The position numbers were made by a program, and so were the translations under genes. The notes beneath the pieces are model-generated. The model searched no databases. It had not been told where the DNA came from and saw only the letters and a list, made by a program, of their open reading frames with translations. From Amoebophrya sp. A120 (lineage: Eukaryota; Protista; Dinoflagellata), in assembly GCA_905178155.1 (NCBI GenBank), contig CAJINV010000001.1, forward strand, positions 3,029,675-3,093,674: 64,000 nt of DNA, written 5' to 3'. Shown here one piece after another: positions 59,679-64,000 of this stretch (within the stretch, counting starts at the first letter, position 1; every line of letters starts with the position of its first letter).

Positions 59679-61862
59679 TTACAACTCAACGTCGACAGCG
59701 GCCTCGTCCTCTCCCACATCCTGCTCCTCCTCGGTGCCAAAGAGGCCTTCCTCGCCCTCACCCTCTCCTTCCCCTTGTTCCGGATTGAAATCTTCGAAAT
59801 CGTCCTCTTCTTCCGGCTTTTCTTCGTCGTCCGCCCGGCGCCCGATGCGTTCCTTGCCGCCCTTCTTCGTGCCGTCATCTTCGCTCGCGGTCACCTTCTC
59901 CGCGCCGCCGCGGCTGGGTCTCTTGACCACCTTCGGCTTGGACGGGATCACGCGCACCTCGGGCCTCTTGTTCGCAACCTTCCAACTCTCCTCGCCGCCC
60001 GCAGCGCACTTTTCCAAAAACTGCCGCGGGGCGTCGCCTGTAGTCAATCGAGTTATTTTTGTTCAGCTGCACACTTAAGTAGTTAGCAGCTACGTCAAGC
60101 AAAAAGGACGCAGTCGCGCCTACAGGTTTCAAAGAAGTCACAATCCGCCGTCAATGTTTTGCAAAAAGAAGAATTGAACATTGATCACACACCAACAATT
60201 AACTTTCTTTTTACCTTCCCAGCTGTCCAGATACGCGATCCTGTACTTCTTGACCTTCTTGTTCTTCTCGTCCTTTTTCTCCTCCTCCTTTTTGCCGTCC
60301 TTACCGTCCTTGAAGGCTTTCTTTGCCTCGGCTCGCTTCTCTTCCTCCGTCTTTGCCTTTTCCTCCGCCTTCTCGTCTTCCTCCTCGTCGGGCTCTGGGC
60401 CGCCCGCTGTCGGCTCCTTCACCACGCACATAGCTGTGCCAAACTCGCTGTCTTCCTCCGGCGCCGGCAACGCCTTCACGAACTCTTCGTCCAGTTGGTT
60501 CACCTGTTAAAAAACATCAAAGGACAAGTTGTATACGTGAAAATTTGTCACGCTCATGGCGCATGAAGATGTAGATGTTGCGAGACAAATAAAGCACCAG
60601 ACCGCCGGATTTACGTCGAAGCACCAGCACACCGCCAGATCTAAGACAACATTTTTGCTGATGTTGACCAAGGCATAATGCATCTCGTCCTCTTCAATTT
60701 CTTTTTCTTTATACCTCCCAGAAGCTAGTGTCGACGGTAGCGATCTTGGTTTTCCTGTAATTCTTCACTTCCGGACTGAACACAGCGTGCATGTTGTTCA
60801 ATTTTGGGTGGGTTTTCCCGCCGAGCTATCAAATGCAAAAATGTCTGGGTCTGAAAGATTCTGAGACTTGTCATGCATGTTCTGCATGTCCCAGAATGTC
60901 TGTAATGCACGACCAGGCATCACAGATTTTTAGAGGGCTTCCTGATGCCTATTCCGCATTACAAATGCCCTCTCCACGTAGCACAGTCTGGGCTCCTCTT
61001 CCTGGTCATGCAATACAGATTTTTTTAGAGTCCAAAGATAGCATGACAAGTTTGGATCCTTCCAGACCCAGACATTTTTACATTTCATACGAGCAGCAGG
61101 AAGCTGCGCTTCTTTTTGATTTTGTCCCAGTCCTTCTTGTACACGATTTTGGTGATGCCGGTTTTCAGCATGGGCTTGATCTGCTTCGCGACGTATTCTG
61201 CGGACTGCAGGTAGTTCAGCTGCACTGGCGGATCCTCGTTCGCAAATACCGCCACAAAACCTTCGTTCTTCCCAAAGCTAAATCGCTCGGCGATGGTCTT
61301 GCCCGAGCTCATGGGCTTGAAGCAATTTGCGGTGATGAACTGCAGTATAAAGTTATTTGTCGTGTGTCGAATGATTATAGTGGTTGTGGTGCCGGTGAAT
61401 GTGCATGTCGTGTCATGATGACAGCAGAGCGGAAGGTTTCTTTTTTTTTGGGTACTTACGTACTTGCAGCACCATCTGAGGCAACTTCATCAATGCCGTC
61501 ATAAAGACAGTCGTGGTGCGGAATAAGCACAAGCACTAAATCTGAAACTACATTATCACACGAAGAAAGCGCTCGCGCGATGGTTAAATGACAATGAGTA
61601 CCTTGGTATCTCCAGCTTTTTTGTCCTTCTGTATCATTCGAGCCAGATCCACTACTACTTTTGGTGTTGGTGCGAGCTCCGTCTTCTCACCCGTGCAGTA
61701 GAGCACGTGTGGATCTCCACCGAAGAATGCTTCCTTCAGTTTTGCATCCTCACTGGCGACGTCTACGTAATGTACACCGGCATTCGCAACGTTTGCCACG
61801 CCCAGCAAGTTAGAAAGCATCAACCCGAACTGGAAAATACTGATGCCGCCGACAAGAAACAT
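59679..61862 (-). CDS. Putative ER-lumenal protein (signal peptide, acidic tail, C-terminal DVEL), ~421 aa, 5 exons
   Basis: GT-AG introns 61340-61601, 60504-60714, 60038-60214 and one introner; spliced length 1266 nt; hydrophobic N-terminus; KDEL-like end. Confidence 0.72.
60827..61089. mobile_element. Introner/MITE family C (263 bp)
   Basis: TSD CGAGC at 60822-60826 and 61090-61094; removal gives SFLLL|GGKTHP. Confidence 0.92.
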
Positions 61863-63110
61863 AAATCCAAGCCCATACCTGTTGTAGATAATCACGAAGA
61901 ATATGATATATATTTGCAGTGGAGTGCAGCGAGGGAGATGCGGGTGAAAAATAAAGAATTAAATTCTGCACAGTCTATCATTCGGTCATGATACTCATTC
62001 ATGACGAGAAGTCTGAGCAAGCAGCAGATCGATCGCAACACTGTTCTTCTGGTACCAGAACTGTTTTTGCGTTAGCAATGACGCGCTGTTCAGGGCTGCA
62101 TTTTCCTGCTTCTTCAGTGCCCGCTTGCTCATCGCCGCGGCCGCGGCGTTTGATCGATTGCTTGGCATGGTGAAATGAGGTGGATGGCGAGGGATTAGCT
62201 AGCAGTTTTTCGGCGTTTTCACAAGTGCTGAAGTAAATTCCTCGTCCTGGCTTGCGCAGCACCAGAAAGGAATCGCACCACGATCAATATCTTTTTCAAG
62301 TGCTATCCAAACTTCAACATGAACTAGAATTGACTCATCAAGGACATGATCAAGGACTAGGACCTAGGAGATGCTTATATCCTAGCAAAGAATCATAAGA
62401 GTAAAGCTCTACTACTGAACGAATTCGAAAGTGCTGTTGTTTGGCGCCTGTTGCGTTTCGTGTGCAAAAAGAAAAGTTTATTATTTAATTTTAAATTTCC
62501 TTATATTAAACTGCCGAGGAGAAAAAAATTCCCCTCCTGCTGGGACACACGCCATCAAGGAGCGATAGTTCAACCGATAGCGAAGATACAGATAAATCGA
62601 GTTGGATAATTCAGAGCTTGTTGGAGGAATTGATCTTTGTCTTCGCAGCACTGCGTGCGTTTTAGATCGAACTGCGTTTGCGTTGTCTCTGTAATTGCTG
62701 CAATGATCACACTCACGGTGAAAATGCATATTAGATAGAAGCTGCGCAAAAAAGTCGTGCTTCTTCGTCAAAACCAGAGCACTTTCTTCTCGTCCTGAAA
62801 ATGTTCGACCGTCCGGGAACGCGATCAGTCCTGTTAACCATCCAAGAAGAAGAACCAGTGTGACATTGAAAGTAGGACCGGCACCGGTTGCAGCCAGGAC
62901 ATAAAGAACCAGGCAACGAAGATGAGAACACTTGCTTGTATACTTCTGCGTCGCCGGCAAGAGGCCGAAAAAACAGAGACAGACGAAGTAGACCACTTTG
63001 GAAGACAGAGGACTTGTTCGATTTTATGGATAATAAGCGTCGCAGATCTAGTGCACTTGAGCTGTAAAGAGTTGTCGTCTCGTTGCAAAAGGAAACGAAA
63101 ATTAATTTTC

Positions 63111-64000
63111 TCACGCTTGCGGCGTAGCGCGAGCGAGCGCGTGCCACTTCTCCTCGTCGTTAAACGTCGCGAAAGTGAGTGGTTCCCACCTGAATGCTTT
63201 GGTCCTGGTTGCTCCGACCGAGTCGTTATGTCCTTCCGCACGCCCGCTGCCAAAGAACCCGTTCTCGTCGTGAGCCTCCTCCTGGTCCTCGTGGTCCTCT
63301 TCAATGTTTTCGTTTTCTTGGGCCCCGTCCTGTTTGTTTGTAGTCCCTGCGACGCTGGAAGTAGATCCATGCTGGGTTGGCCTTAAAAATACCGCGGCGG
63401 GATCGAAGGCAAAATACGCGGATGAGAAAACAGCGTCCCTTGCCAAAACCGCGTCGCGGCAGGAACTACTACCGTAGGAGCAGGCGACCAGACCACGGTT
63501 GCCGCCGATGCAGCGCACCAAGGGCTTTCTTCGTCCCGTTTTTGCGCCGCAGGCGCCACAGTGCCACAGTGATTCGGGACGTTCGAAACTGGTTTCGTCC
63601 AGGTGCTTAGCGGACAGGCACGTCACAAATGGGTTGGTCGTTGAAGTCGTAGCTGGTGCTGTCCTCGTGGCCTCTAAACTGGATTCTGGTTCTGCAATAT
63701 TAAGATGAACACCTCGTCCGCTCTCAATCTCCTCTGTTTTTCGTTCGAAAATGAACATCGAGTGGCAGGTTGTGGCCCATTGCGCGGGCAGAGGAACGAT
63801 CTTCCGCAAAGAAAACTCCTTGAGCAGCGTCGCGTGAAATTTCCAGTCGGCCGTCATGCCGGTCGCCCATTCCCCCACGTAGACGACCCACCGGCCATTG
63901 AACTTTTGCAAACAGTTCGCAGCCATCGGTTCGGACGGCGGCGGGAAGCACAGAAACAGACAAGTACGGTGTTCGTTGAGAGAAGATGCAACTGCAGACT
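63111..64000 (-). CDS. 3' part of a class I SAM-methyltransferase-like protein with a Cys-rich (MYND-like) segment; 5' end beyond window
   Basis: CLFLCFPPPSEPMAANCLQKFNGRWVVYVGEW...TADWKFH; WHCGACG...RC...ACS...SCR. Confidence 0.6.
   Translation of the reverse strand, partial: SAVASSLNEHRTCLFLCFPPPSEPMAANCLQKFNGRWVVYVGEWATGMTADWKFHATLLKEFSLRKIVPLPAQWATTCHSMFIFERKTEEIESGRGVHLNIAEPESSLEATRTAPATTSTTNPFVTCLSAKHLDETSFERPESLWHCGACGAKTGRRKPLVRCIGGNRGLVACSYGSSSCRDAVLARDAVFSSAYFAFDPAAVFLRPTQHGSTSSVAGTTNKQDGAQENENIEEDHEDQEEAHDENGFFGSGRAEGHNDSVGATRTKAFRWEPLTFATFNDEEKWHALARATPQA

Noticed and set aside
5000-61900. Many long plus-strand ORFs (e.g. 10682-11686, 33630-34772, 54273-55229)
   Set aside because: Antisense shadows of minus-strand genes; no motifs of their own
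1-64000. tRNA, rRNA or dinoflagellate spliced-leader relics
   Set aside because: None recognised by eye; a tRNAscan/Infernal run would be needed to exclude them

Overview
Eukaryotic genomic DNA, most consistent with a syndinian/dinoflagellate parasite such as Amoebophrya (inferred from gene architecture, not from a database search). All 14 genes I could reconstruct lie on the minus strand: a small secreted protein, an eEF3/GCN1-like HEAT+ABC-F protein, FAHD1, an F-box-like protein, an FG-repeat/zinc-finger protein, a signal-peptide/U-box-like protein, an orphan, an EF-hand+HEXXH metallopeptidase, an FkbM-type methyltransferase, a PLAC8 protein, a dual-specificity phosphatase, a ~3280-aa TFIIIC B-block subunit, an ER-type protein and a partial methyltransferase. 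The main signal is 16 MITE-like insertions (149-324 bp, about six families) inside coding sequence. Each has TAT...ATA termini, long terminal inverted repeats, a 5-bp target duplication and, in nearly all copies, a GCATNACA motif. Removing the element plus one duplication copy restores the reading frame in all 16 cases, yet none can be removed precisely as GT-AG. They occur in both orientations, some have interiors flipped relative to their ends, and they coexist with 16 ordinary GTA...AG introns. Also present are a young 1.24-kb element with 367-bp direct repeats and a long target duplication, and GC-rich decayed transposon relics. Gene models and coordinates were worked out by hand from the sequence; there is no transcript evidence here.
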